This document shows positions 12,963 to 25,476 of a DNA stretch of 64,000 nt, in pieces. Each line of letters opens with the position of its first letter. The first letter of the stretch is position 1. Origin of the DNA: Vicugna vicugna. Its lineage: Eukaryota. The DNA lies in contig MU061578.1 in the NCBI GenBank assembly GCA_013265495.1, positions 2,303,308-2,367,307 on the forward strand, read 5' to 3'. The notes under the pieces were generated by a model. That model was given only the letters and a program-made list of their open reading frames with translations, did no database searches and was not told the origin of the DNA. A program made the translations under genes and the position numbers.

Positions 12963-13020
12963 TTACTGCCATTGCAATAAGAGCAGATGAATCCTAGGCA
13001 TGCAAAATCAGAAATATATG
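12562..13020 (-). mobile_element. Old MaLR LTR (MLT1-like) with an internal poly(A) run at 12932-12958
   Basis: 'cagggtactttggttacagcaccagaaactaact...aatttattagggggata'. Confidence 0.6.
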
Positions 13021-13699
13021 TTGTCAGGGTCTGCTGTCAACTCAAGGGAACATGACTTCTCAAAGAAAGAGGTAACTTCCTAAAAAGTCAGTTTTCTTTA
13101 TCCATCCACTCACTCAAAATATATTTGTGTAATGCCAACTACGTATTATGTCTTCTACTAAGCTTCTGAGATTCAAAGGGAAGTAAAATCAAGAAACTGC
13201 CTACAAATTCTTTAAAGTCTAATGGGAAAGGTTAACAAATAAAGCAAATTAGTCATAATAGTAGTGATAGTTGTATTTGTTAAGTGCCTTCTTCATGTAA
13301 GGCACTGTGCCAAGGGGGTTACATATATTATATTATCCAATTCTCACAACATTTTGTGGCAGGTTGTGACCTACCAACCATAGTATTTGGAGAGCTGTAC
13401 ACAGATTTACCTGAGCCCCAAGAGATGGGCAGACAGTATCCCCAAGCCCTTCTTAACGACATCACTGGCTAGTTGAGCAGTGTTTCTTTGGGGAGAGGAT
13501 TCCCTCTGTAATATAGAAGACTTTTCTGGGCATTGATGATGCAGTGACTAAAAAAAAAACATGCATTTTAGTGGAGATGATGTATAACTGTGCTCAACAT
13601 ATGCCTCATAATTGGTTAAGGAGATGAAATCATTAAGTGAAAACTAAGACTCCTTTTTAGGGAGAAATAATCCAACCAGGGTTTCTCAACAGGGCTGAC

Positions 13700-14157
13700 C
13701 TCACTGACCTCTCAGACCGTGCTTCTCCTCCCTTACTACTGCCCAGCTCTCTTTTAGCTTCATCGAGCACCCAGGTCTTTCCTTTTGTAAAACTTTTGCT
13801 ATGGCTGTGCCCTCAGCCAGGAACAACCCCTCATTGTCTCTGCAAGGCTGCTGCTTCTCAGGCTGTAAGTGGCAGCGTCGCATCTTTGGAGAGACCTCTC
13901 TTGACCATTCCATTGTTCTCACGTCACCCAGCTTGTTTCCTTCCTTGTGGCTACCATAATGAACCATTAATGTATTGATTGATTTGTTCCTTCAATTTTT
14001 GTTTGTCTGAATCCCACCCCTGCCTCCAACTAAAGAAATTGCTGCAAGATGAAACAGACCTTATCTGTGTTGTTCTCTACTGTACAACCTGTTGAGGAGA
14101 AGTTCCTGGGGCATAATAGTTCAAATAAATGTATTTGATGTCAGAATGAATGAATGT
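13700..14157 (+). mobile_element. L2 3' fragment
   Basis: 'ttttgctatggctgtgccctcagccaggaac...aaataaatgtatttgatgtcagaatgaatgaatg'. Confidence 0.75.
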
Positions 14158-14689
14158 GACTATAACACAGAAATTTCATAAGAAATCTTTGTCTTGATAA
14201 ATCTCTGGTCTTTGCAGAGGACAAAGAGAAATGTTCTAAGACCCAAGGAAGACTTTGTTGACATACAAATTAAGAACTCCTATTCAGCTTAGTGCAACAT
14301 TCCCTATGAGACAACCTTTAAGCTTCCACACTATCTTCCCCTTTCCTTATCCCCATCACTAAATTCACCCTATCACAATTACCATTTATCAGTTGCCTTC
14401 TGTATACCAGGCACCATACCATGCCCTGAAGATACATTAATTAACTTCTTCTAACAACCCTATAAGGTAGATATTATGATGTCCACATTACCATAACTGG
14501 TAAATGATTTGCTCAAAATCTCACAACTATAAATGACAAAGCTGAGAGGAACGCCACTGGTGAGCATGTAGTTAACACTACCTGGCATGACTGCCCTCCT
14601 CCCAATTCCAGTTCTCTGGGCATCACCCTGACACCAAGAGTGGGGCCCCCCAGATGCCATGTTTGTGTTACATAACCAAGCCTTCCAGA

Positions 14690-15065
14690 CTTGAGATTAT
14701 TGATTCAAAGTTGGGTACTTGATCCAAGATGGTCCAAATAAAATCCTGCCTTTGAGTTTTTTGAGGGGTTATCAAAGGAAGAAATGGGGTCCCTCTTTGG
14801 TAGGTGGAACCACAAGGTTTGAGCCTCTAGAGTTGCAGTCACATTCCCATAGCTGTTCTTTGGGAAGAGATGTTGAAACTCATAAACCAAGAGAAACAGA
14901 GATGAGAGATGAGAAATGAGAAAAGAGAATCCTGGTTACTGTCAAGTCTCTAGTTCTAGTTTTCTTTGAGACCCAGATGCCACTTCCTCAGGTTACTTGG
15001 AATGTCCTAACATTTCTGAGTGATCTTCTTTAATCTTTGCCATTTTGTAACCCAACATGTCTCGC
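14690..15065 (+). mobile_element. ERVL-type LTR fragment (LTR33/LTR16-like)
   Basis: 'cttgatccaagatggtccaaat...cagagatgagagatgagaa...ttttgtaacccaaca'. Confidence 0.5.
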
Positions 15066-15976
15066 TAATTGCATGGGAGGTGCCAGATAGATAATGAATT
15101 TCTCTCTGGTGTAACCCATGGAGAGCAGTTGAGGCCACTACCCGCCCAGCTCATGTTTGGACCAGTCCAGTTAAAGTATCTCAGAGCTGAAGAGTAAGGG
15201 GTATCCTGGGGCATCTTGGATATGCAGGAACCACCCCTCTGTATTCTCATGCTCAGGGAATACATGTTTTAAGAGGCCAAAATGTATTCAAGAATTCTGC
15301 CTGGAAAAGCATGGGCAGCACTTTGCACCAAACCTAAATTATCCCTTGCTATGGAAAATGAGTAGCCTTTAAATCAAAATGACCTTCGTTGATATGAAAT
15401 TCCTGTTGCAATTCAAAAAGCTCTTTTTCCCTTAGTATTCATTCCTGACAAACAAAATAAATTGTTATGCCAAACACATATAAAGATTGCAGAGATGCAC
15501 CTCTATTAAATTCTACTTAGCAGCAAAGCGACTCAGGTGTTATCTAAATTTAGCCTTCTGAGCTCCCTTTCTTTCATACCTAAACACCATTTCTTTCAGC
15601 TTCTGCTTAGACTTGCTAGAGTTTAATAAATAGAAATACTTTCACAATGCATTAAGATTAGGTCAGCTGGAGAGCTTGACCTGGTTGGATCATCTTGTAT
15701 TGATTTCTCAAAGTATAGCTTTTACTAAAACTTGGACTCTTCAGAGAAAGAGAAGAAATGCTTCAGTTATGAATTTAGTGAGTTTAGGTTAAAAAAAAAA
15801 CAGAACATACCTGTCCATTTCCTTAACTGTACAAAGTAGAAAGAGCTTTCTCCCTGAAGCATGTGGATGTACATGTCAACCACAATCCAACATAATTTTT
15901 TAAAAATATAAAATGTGTACTCAACATTGAGGCCATAGGTACCAGATACTTTGACAGTGGAGCCAGGAGTGGAGAT

Positions 15977-16086
15977 CAGGGTGGCCAACTGTCTAAGTTT
16001 GCCTGGGACCAAGGGCTTTCCCAGATAAGGAACTTTTTGTTAAAGCCAAGACAGAACAAGGCAAACTGAGATAGTTGGTCACTCTA
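15977..16086. mobile_element. MER81-like hAT MITE
   Basis: Terminal inverted repeats 'cagggtggccaactgtct' and 'agatagttggtcactcta', about 110 bp long. Confidence 0.8.
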
Positions 16087-17689
16087 GAGGGATGCCAGTT
16101 TGAAAGTGACATTACAGTGACTTTCTCTAACATGTCTTTCAAGGAAGCCAATGTCCTACACATAAACTTTAGGATAACTTCTATGTTGGTTCCATTTTCC
16201 TAACCTGTGTAATGGTACCAGAGCATCTGAACATAGCTTTCAAAATGGCTCTTTATCTTTGCTGCCTCATTTAATACTCATAATAGTCTTAAGAGGTTAT
16301 TATTAGTGCCCTGTTTTACAGATGAGAGAACTAAGAAGTTCAATGACCTGCCCAAGGTCATACAGCCTGTAACTGATGAGGAGGGAACGGGAGGCAGTCT
16401 ATTTCTGTATACCTCTACCTCTTGGCCCACACTCCACCATACTAAAGTGCCTTGAGTTTCATGAAGGCACCACAGTCTCCAGCCTTGGACTTCTGGACAT
16501 AGTCAACTCCTATTAAGCATACATTATCCTCAACCTTAATTGTCTCTCTGTCCTACTATATTGGGAGCATCATGAAGGTACAACTCTTTCTTTGCACTAT
16601 TTTTCCCTAGCTCAATGTCTACCAAATAGTTAGTCGTCAATAAATAGCAGTTGAATTAATAAATTAAAGAATATCTAACTCCAAAGTTAGATGACGTTCT
16701 AGAAAATAACTTCCAAATATTGCTCCAAACGTCAGATAAGATGAGTATGTCATTTGTTCCAAGGCAAAGAGAAAACAGAAAAGTATTGAGAGATTGAACT
16801 GTTCTCTTGGAAGCCTCATGCATTCTCAGTCCAACCTACCTCCCTAATTCCCATCCCACTCATGACACCAGTGAAAATTGCAACAGCAGCAGTCAGCCTC
16901 GCCCTGACCTGCAGTCTGAAATCTAATGCTGGCTTCACTACCCCCTCATAGTCATGCTCATGATTGAAGCCACAATCACACCATGACTAGACTAAATGCT
17001 GAGTAAGTGTCCAGGTGCCAGACATAATACTGGTTGGAATTTCTGACACTAGGGACTAAAACATGTATCTCATCAGAAGGAAAAAATATCTTCTCTCCCT
17101 TTCTTGGCCAAATTGTGGGAGTCAGATGTCCACCCTAGGATGACTGAACAGTGGCAGAAGCAGCAGCAGGCAGAGAAGTCCAGGGAGTTTATCAAACAGC
17201 AACTGGAACCTTACCTTCAACTGACATAAAATGTCCCCCTATTGTCACAGGTAGTATTTTCATTAAAAGCAATAAATCCTCTTATGTAACAATGTGAGCG
17301 CCAAGTAGTTGGAATGGGGGGTTTTGGCAAATCCAAATATAGAGATAAGTCAACTTATATGGCCCTTAGAGAAAGCAGTAGGGCAAATACGAAGACCAAA
17401 TTCCGTAGTGAATAATCAGAAGTCAAGAAAAGAGACCCAGCTGCTGAGTAGAAATCCCTCAAATAGGCAAATAGGCAAAGTCGGAGTCCCTCCCTGCAGG
17501 TGTGGAAGACAGCTTATCAGGCCAGATCCCACGTGTGCCCTGACTGAACCCCTGCTTCCCGCTCCCAGGAAGCCTTCTTCTCATCCTCTTTTGAGAACTT
17601 TAAAAAGTGATAAGAGGAACAAAAAAATAACAGAGAAAACACTCATATTCCCACCACCATAAAATATAAATATTTGTATTTTGTCATAA

Positions 17690-18210
17690 TTATGTCCATT
17701 CTTTAAAACAAACATTACAGACAATGCTAACACCATGGTGCCCAGTCCCATATTCCCCACCCAAAGCCCCCTCCCAGGTAGCCATTGACAAGAGCTCAAT
17801 GTGTGTCCTTCTGTTGAGGTGTTTTCATACCCAGTGTTGCTCTATATGTTGTGTTTGAGCCTATCCATCATGATACAAGAAATCAAAGTACAGCATCACA
17901 TTAAAAAAAAAAGAACTACCTGTATTCCTAAATGATGCATCCTATGTGATGTAGCTTATCACATAAATGCACACATTTTTCCTTCTCCATGCCTCCACTG
18001 ATGGGCATTTATGTTATTTGCAAATGGCTGCCATTACAAACACTGCTGCGATGAACATGCAGTACTCATCTGTATGCACATGTTTAAAGGAGTATGTCCA
18101 AGGCACATGATTAAAGGTGGAATTGCTATGTGTTAGGAATATGCATTTTCAAATATGTAGATCCTGCCAATTTGTTCTTCAAAGAGCCTAGACCAATATA
18201 CAGCCCCATC
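17690..18210 (-). mobile_element. Old L1 (L1ME-like) 3' fragment
   Basis: 'ctgatgggcatttatgttatttgcaaat...attacaaacactgctgcgatgaacat...gtggaattgct'. Confidence 0.7.
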
Positions 18211-19638
18211 AGACCTTGAGGAAGACACCATCTCCCCCAAGCCCCAAACAGGGATATCTTCAGATATAGGGTGAGATGGCCTCAGCTTGGGCCAAGAGCT
18301 TGACCTTTCACAGAAGAGAATGCATTAACTTACATGGAAAAAAAAACCTGAAGTTCAATTTAACTCTCATTAATCACCAGTTGCATCATTTTAAAAGCTA
18401 ATACTATATCTGCATTCTCCCACCTCATGATAACTTAATGAATTAGCCACTTGCCCATCAGAAAATAACCCCTTGGGATAATATGTCAAAATCGAGTAAG
18501 GCACTCAAGCCTATATTGAGTTGATGGATTTAAGGCAAGACTTTAGGCAATAATAATGTTGTTTGGAAGATGAATATACTCATAAGAGCCCCTCCATGAC
18601 AAATGACTTACTTGGAGGCTATTTATGAGGTCCAGGTGGGAGAGGGACAAACTTAATTAAAGTTTGAAAACATAATAGAACCAAAGGCAGTGCATCAATT
18701 TCTGAGCATCCAATCAAAAAGCCAATGGCGTCTTTAATAGCTTGGTGATACCTGCCTCTTGGAGCTGCAATGGATAGTTATCCAACTTACATGGTTCCAA
18801 TTGCTGCTGATCTTGCTGAAGGCACACCACCCCCCACACATCTTGCTTTTCTCCTCTCTCCATGTCTGCTTATGAGAACAATTCATCTCAGCTGGGAGCA
18901 GAATCACTCCTGCCTCTATCACACACACTTTATACTGGATCCTAATAAAACCAAGCACAGGCTGGCTGCCCACCCCCCTTCTTTAATGACTTGGTCTATC
19001 TATATCTGGGAAACCACATAAATTGTCACTGCCCCATGCTCTGTAGCTCCCTGATGCCTGGAACTCAAACGCAGCATCACATAAAAAATATTTTAAAGAC
19101 TCATTTGAATCACAACCCAGGGAACCAAATACTCCTGAGCAAGCTTAAAATATAAATAAATATAAACAGCCCAGGACAGGAACCAGATACACCAGCCAAG
19201 TATTCATTTTGATACACTTCATTATAGTGTGAGGTGATATATCTGGAATGTGATTTGATGGCTTCAGTGGCTCCCTGCTGAGGAAGAGGCTGATTGAAAA
19301 GGCTGAATCACTACCAACTTTGTGTCCCATGTAAAACACATCCATAAGTCACTTCACTAAGTAGTGGGGTCATTTTTTATAAACGTGTGTCCTTCCTTGG
19401 GAAGACTGAGGGAACCAAGAGAAATTTACGTGTTTGCAATAGGGCTAGTCCTGGAAGACAGACAGACAGACAGACAGACAAACACACACACCAGTCAGTG
19501 GCTATAAAAGAGAGGAGGACCATTGTCATGTGGGAGATATACACCCCTGTGGTGTCATCCATCTGTCCCAACTAGGTCAATTCTGGTGAGGCAGAGGGAA
19601 TGCATATGTGACCTTTGAACTCCACAGCCAATAGAAAG

Positions 19639-19789
19639 CAGTGGTTCTCAACCCAGGATGTTTTAAAAGTTGTCAATGCCCAGGCTCCACTCCAGAGCAA
19701 CTAAGTCAGAATCTCTTATCAAGGGATCCCTGACATTCTTCAAAATCTCCCCCAAGTGATTCAATTTCGTATCCAAGGTTGAGACACTC
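19639..19789. mobile_element. MER5A-like hAT MITE
   Basis: 'cagtggttctcaacc...aagtcagaatctct...aagtgattc...aggttgagacact' with inverted termini. Confidence 0.75.
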
Positions 19790-19959
19790 AGGTTCAAACA
19801 ATCTGCGACTGCAGTAATATTTTCTAGACTTCAGCAACATCAAAACAATCATTGCCTTTTCTGTTCTTCCAACAAAACAGTGGCTGTTAACATTGCAGTT
19901 TTAGCTATAAATTTTGCTTTCTCTATACTATATTGTTCAAATCTCTCTGGGAAGACAAA

Positions 19960-20200
19960 AATAATAGGTAACTCTTAGTAAGAGCTTATTATACAACAGG
20001 CATGGTGCTAAGCAATTTCCATGCTTTATCTCAGTAAATCCTTACAACAACCCTAAGAGGTAGGCACTCTTATTATCCCCATTTCATAATGAATGAGCAG
20101 AGTCCCAAAGAGGTTAAATAATTTGTTTACAGACATGGTTTAAGCAAGAAGCAGAGCCAGGACTCATGTCCACCTTCATGAGTTACGAGGCTCTGCGTTT
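19960..20200 (-). mobile_element. MIR SINE
   Basis: 'atccttacaacaaccctaagaggtaggcactcttattatccccattt'. Confidence 0.8.
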
Positions 20201-20374
20201 CACTCAACGTTTGACTGCAGCCAGTCTTCAAAATGTGAAGTTCTCACTTTTAAAGAAAAAGCAGAAATATAGTTCACATATCTGGTTGTCAATTCTGGTG
20301 AGGAAAATTCAAGGACCTCTCAAACTCTCCCATCAACTCAGTGTGTGGCTGCTGGAGATTTAGACACCTCTCTT

Positions 20375-20592
20375 TCAGTGCAGTGTTATTAGAGACAGAA
20401 AACCTTGGATAAAAACCTGAGCTCTTCCTGTTCCCAGCTGTGAGATTTTGGGCAAATTATTTATCTATTATGAAACTCAGTTGCACGATCTGTAAAATGG
20501 GGATAATACCTACCTCCCAGTGTTGTCGGGAAGAAAAGTAATTACATTTATGAAAGCTCCTGGCATGAGTCAGGGATTAACAAATGGTAATC
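20375..20592 (+). mobile_element. MIR SINE
   Basis: 'ctgtaaaatggggataatacctacctcccagtgttgt'. Confidence 0.8.
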
Positions 20593-21079
20593 TCTTCCAC
20601 TGCAAGTGCAAGTCAGTGGTACCTAGTCTGTGATTGTCATTCTTATCTCTAGCACCACCTGACAATTACAGTTTCTCTTTTCCAAGTGCTTTCCCATCGA
20701 TGATCTCATTTTAACCAGTTTATATCGAATACGAGTTGCAACAGCTGCGTGATGTTCCCTTTTTATTCTTAGGACTCCTCCACCCCCACCCAAAGGGGAT
20801 TAGTGGTGCTCCCACTATGGTAAAGTTTTCAATGGATGCAAATTTGCAAGGCATGACACATTTATTAGTCCCTCATTGGAGTAAACTGTAACAAAGCCAG
20901 CAGGAGCAACCATTAATTTACATTAATAACTTTCAGTGTCATATACCCCAGTGCCTGACATGAAACAGTAATCTGAAACCAAACTATGATTGTGTCCTAC
21001 ATGAGTTACTGTATCACAGCCCTCTAGACCCAGAGCTCATGCATTTCATCAAGAGGAAGATGTGTTGATGCATCCCAGT

Positions 21080-21602
21080 GCACACAGGAAAATATTCAAA
21101 CTCCTTACCATGGCCTTCAACGTTCTATCTCCTCCAGACTCATCCCAGAACACTCATACTCACTTTTCTTCAGCCAGATTAGTCTTGCTATGCATTCCTC
21201 ATACACTTTAGGCTTATTTTCACCTCAGGGCCTTTGCACATGCTGATACCACTACCTTAACGTACCGCTCCCTGCTGCTTTTTGCATGACTAGATCTTTT
21301 TAATTCTACAGGTCTCAGATCAAATCTTATTTTTTCAGAAAGGTCTCTGACCACCATTTCTAAGAGGCTCTCCCTAGAAATTCATCAATACTTTTTTTTC
21401 TTTTCTTCATAGCACTTATGATTTTCCAAGTTTATCTTGCTTATAGTTGTTAATTTTATAGGCTGATTACTCTCACAAATGCAAGCCCTAGAGGGAAGGG
21501 ACTTTGTAGGTTTTGTTTATTAGTCTATCTCTAGCATTTAGAACTATGCCTGGGACATAGAAGATTCTCAATAAATATTTGTTGAAGTGAGAATGAATGG
21601 TG
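21080..21602 (+). mobile_element. L2 3' fragment
   Basis: 'cctcagggcctttgcacatgctg...ctcaataaatatttgttgaagtgagaatgaatg'. Confidence 0.85.
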
Positions 21603-23621
21603 AATCTCCTTAACATAAGCATCTTCTCTTGAAGTCCGAAAATGTTTTTCATAAGAGTCCAATGCTTTGGATGGCCCCTAACGTTGGCATTCTTCAAAGT
21701 TGTGTCCTCACATTTTTTTCTTCCTTCTCAACACCTTTTCTCATTCATTGCTATGACTCCTACCTCCTATGTTAATGATTGCCAATTCCATGCCTGCAAC
21801 AGGCCTGTCTGCTGGGACGTTATAGAGGCATATTTGCAAGGCAATCAGAAACCTGTGGCTTGACTCAGTATGAAAGTTTTAGTCATTAAAGGCAATTCCA
21901 AGTATACAACGGAGTCCTTCACTCAGATTTGTGCTTAGCTTAGCCCCACCATGGTTTCATGTCTGGGTTCTAGGAAAGAAAGAGAGAGAGCTCTGAAATT
22001 AAGTAGGAAGAGAAGGTTCACCAAGATACTGAGGTACAGTGATCTTGGCTTCAAAATGAATATTTTTTTTCAGATGACACCTCTTTATTCCTCCATCAAA
22101 CAAAACGAGTAGATCTTCCACAGACTAAGGCCCTATTTTTAATAAGGACGTCCTTCAAAAATAATGAAAGGTTTCTTGATGATGTCCTGTATCCACACCT
22201 CCTAGCCAAACCTTATGCCCCTTACACCTTCCTTTGTTCCCAGTCTCGTAAAAGTCCCCCCACATTTTTGAAGTCTTTGTTGATAAATTTCTCTCCATTA
22301 AATCAATCAGCTTCTTACTCTAATTTCCCCTTCAGTTTCTGTCTCTGATTCAATAAACATATGGGTGAGATTATTTCCTAACCCCTCCTTTTCTTGAAAC
22401 AAACAAAAAATGATTTTTTTAGGTGAAAGATAATAGTAAGATCTAGCGCTGAATGAATAACACTATATACCAGGCACTGTACCAGACACTTTGCTCTCAT
22501 TATGAAATGCACCCCATATTAATTCTCACTACAACACACTTGGGGTAAGTACAACAGAAACAGAGGTTCGGAAGTGGGGATTAGCTAGTCCAATGTCACA
22601 CAAGGAATCTGTGTAGAGTTCCATCTCCAATCTGGAATGCTCTGCTGCCAAAACCATTATTATCTTAATCACAACACTAAAAGTCCATTACCAAGTATTA
22701 ACTGGGTAGAGGACTTCATGAAACTGAATTGATGGTCAGCAGCACAGTTTGGGGTGTAAGAGCACGACTTCACCGTGTTGTTTAGTGCCTACTTGAGAAA
22801 GAGCAGGAAGCCCAGGCTAACAGGCAACTCCTGGCTGGATGGAATGGAGATGTGCACTCACAAAAAATATCACGGTGCCTTCGATGGCCTTGCCCTTTCC
22901 GGGGTACACTGCCTGGCTCCTGTTTACCAATTAGCTGAACAGCTCTGTATTGCAACAAGGCATAAATGGAGTAATGAATTGAGATGCAGGTTTCATAAAA
23001 GTGATTAACTGCTAAATTCCAGTTCAGCTAACAGTTCAATTATCCCATTTTGCATCTCAGCCTTCCATCCAATTCTGCATTCATAGAGCCCAATCACTGA
23101 GGCACCTACATCCTTCGCATTACCATTAATTAAGCCATTGCTCTTTCCCAGGAATCTGTCCACCCTTACTCCGTGAGCTGGGTTTGCAAATAAGAACAGG
23201 GAGAGAATGTTTTGAGAAGCATATATAACTGTGCTGTAACAGGGGGCTGACCCAAACTAGATTTTAATGACCACCACCCTGCACAGATTGTCACCACCCT
23301 CCTCTGAGAACACAAATGTGGACAAACTCCATTGGTATTTGTCCAAAGAAAATGGGCCAGTAGGAAGTACTAGAGAAAGAGCAGAGACCTCAGCTGAGGT
23401 TTTCATCTGTCTTTAGTGGCTAATATATTCCTGGGGAGACATCCCAACACAGTGAAGGAAGAAATGAGTAACCAGGTAACCATTCAGGACCATGGACTTT
23501 TGTCCTTATTTAACTACTGAGCACTGTTTGACTTAAAAATGTTGAAGGGATAATCATGACTCCCTCATCCCCATACCCACCCCACCTCCATCCCCAAAAC
23601 ACACCTAGATCTGTTCACTTC

Positions 23622-24050
23622 CTGTATTGATCGAGGTTCTTGGTTATAAACAACAGAAACTGGCAGGGATGTGTTTAATCAGAAGAGGAGTTCTTAGGAA
23701 GGATACTGGATTGCTCATCAAGTTGCCATGGAGGCTGAAGAATAAAACCAGCCAGCATAACCAGGATGACCACAGGACAGTCAGGTTCAGACCACACTGC
23801 CCTTTTCAGAGGACACTGACTGGCTGGTGCTGTCATAAAAACAGTCTGTAAGCTCTCCCTTCAGAGCCAATGTTCCAAGAGGAAGCACTGGATTGGCCCA
23901 CACTCCCATGCCCACACCAAGCTGCCAGGAGAGGGGAGGAGTGAGTATCTGGTGTTTTTAGCTTCCTGACTCCCACCAACAACCACACAACAATGATTCC
24001 CTAAACACAGGAAGGGAGTTCAAATGCTGAGCAGCCAAAAGGGTGTACAC
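23622..24050 (-). mobile_element. Old MaLR LTR (MLT1-like)
   Basis: 'gaggttcttggttataaacaacagaaactggc...ggaagcactggattggccc'. Confidence 0.6.
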
Positions 24051-25164
24051 ATGTACACCTCCATCACGCATGCTCCTCCTAGTGCTCATTTCAGCAAACG
24101 GTACTTAGGACAAGGACAAAGCTCCTTGAAGACCATGGTCTTAAAGACCACCCTTGCCACGTCTCACTTCAACCCCCTTACATCTATAATGCATCTTCTC
24201 AACTCTTTAATGCATACCTCCAGAACACAGTGCTTTCCTGACCACCAGGCCTTTGCACATGTGGTTTTCTCTGCCGAGAACACTCTTCCCCTTGTTATCT
24301 GCTACTTACCCTCTGAACTCAGAGAAACCCTGCTCCAGACTCAACTGAGAGCCCTTCCTACAAGTTCTCTTTGCACTGAGTGTTCATTCCACGAATGCAG
24401 GGTGTAGGCCTGCGTGGTTCTCTGCTGTATCCAAACACCTAATAGAGTGTCTGGCTCCAAGTAGATGCTCAATACGTATGTGTTTGATGAATTTCTCTGA
24501 ACCGTGATGTCCAATAAAAATAATGCGGAGGAAGAGGAGGTAATGCCTGTGCATCATCCCTGTGCCCATTTCTCCATTTAGCCTATTCATGCCATTTTAC
24601 CCCCTGGACTCAGTGGGCTGCAGTGACCATTTTAAACATGAACCCTTGGAAAGTCAACTTTCTCTAATATTTCTTTGGCTGCTTCTTACTGGGTCTTACT
24701 GCTCAAAAAAAAACAAAACAAAACAAAACAAAACTCGGTTTTACTAAAACATGAACGTGCAGAAGAATTTCACACCGGAACCTTCGCTTCTTAGTGAAAA
24801 TATTCTGTATGGAGCTATCTTCTCTCTGGTGATGCCTGTTCAACAGCCTAGAGGGAGGTGGCGACTTTGTCACTTCAGAAGGACAGAGAAGCACCAAATA
24901 GCTGGCTGTTATTTATCCAGAAGCCATTGTAGTGGGCAAAATGAAAAACCTGGGCTCAACTTTTAACTCTCCCCACTATTGGCCATTTGACCTTGCTCTC
25001 AACAGTCACTGAGCCGGTATTTCCCACTAGTCCAGCAGGATGGGGAGCTGGAATTAGGATTAAGATAATTTTTTTAATTGAGATATTTGTTTTATACTTA
25101 TTTGCAGATTGAGAGCCAATCCTGTTACCTTAGTTTTATTCATCAATGTATAAGTTTAAAAACA

Positions 25165-25476
25165 ATGGATTCCACATATAAGCAAACTCATACAGTATTT
25201 GTCTTTCTCTGTATGACTTAACTTCACTTAGCATAGTACCCTCAAGGTCCACCCCTGTTGTCACAAATGGCGAGACTTCATTCTTCTCATGGCTAAGTAA
25301 TATTCCTTCATAAGTGTGTGTGTATACGTATGTGTGTGTTTTATCCATTTATCCATCAATGGGCACTTAAGACTTATTATTGTGATCATGTTGCAATATA
25401 CACAAACATTGAGCCATTATGCTGTATACCTGGAATTAATATAATGTTATATGTCAGTCATCCTTTGATTTTTAAA
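25165..25476. mobile_element. L1 3' UTR fragment with an internal strand switch (minus 25165-25371, plus 25372-25476)
   Basis: Antisense 'gattccacatataagc...tccatcaatgggcacttaag' joined to sense terminus 'acttattattgtgatcat...gctgtatacctggaattaatataatgttatatgtca'. Confidence 0.75.
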
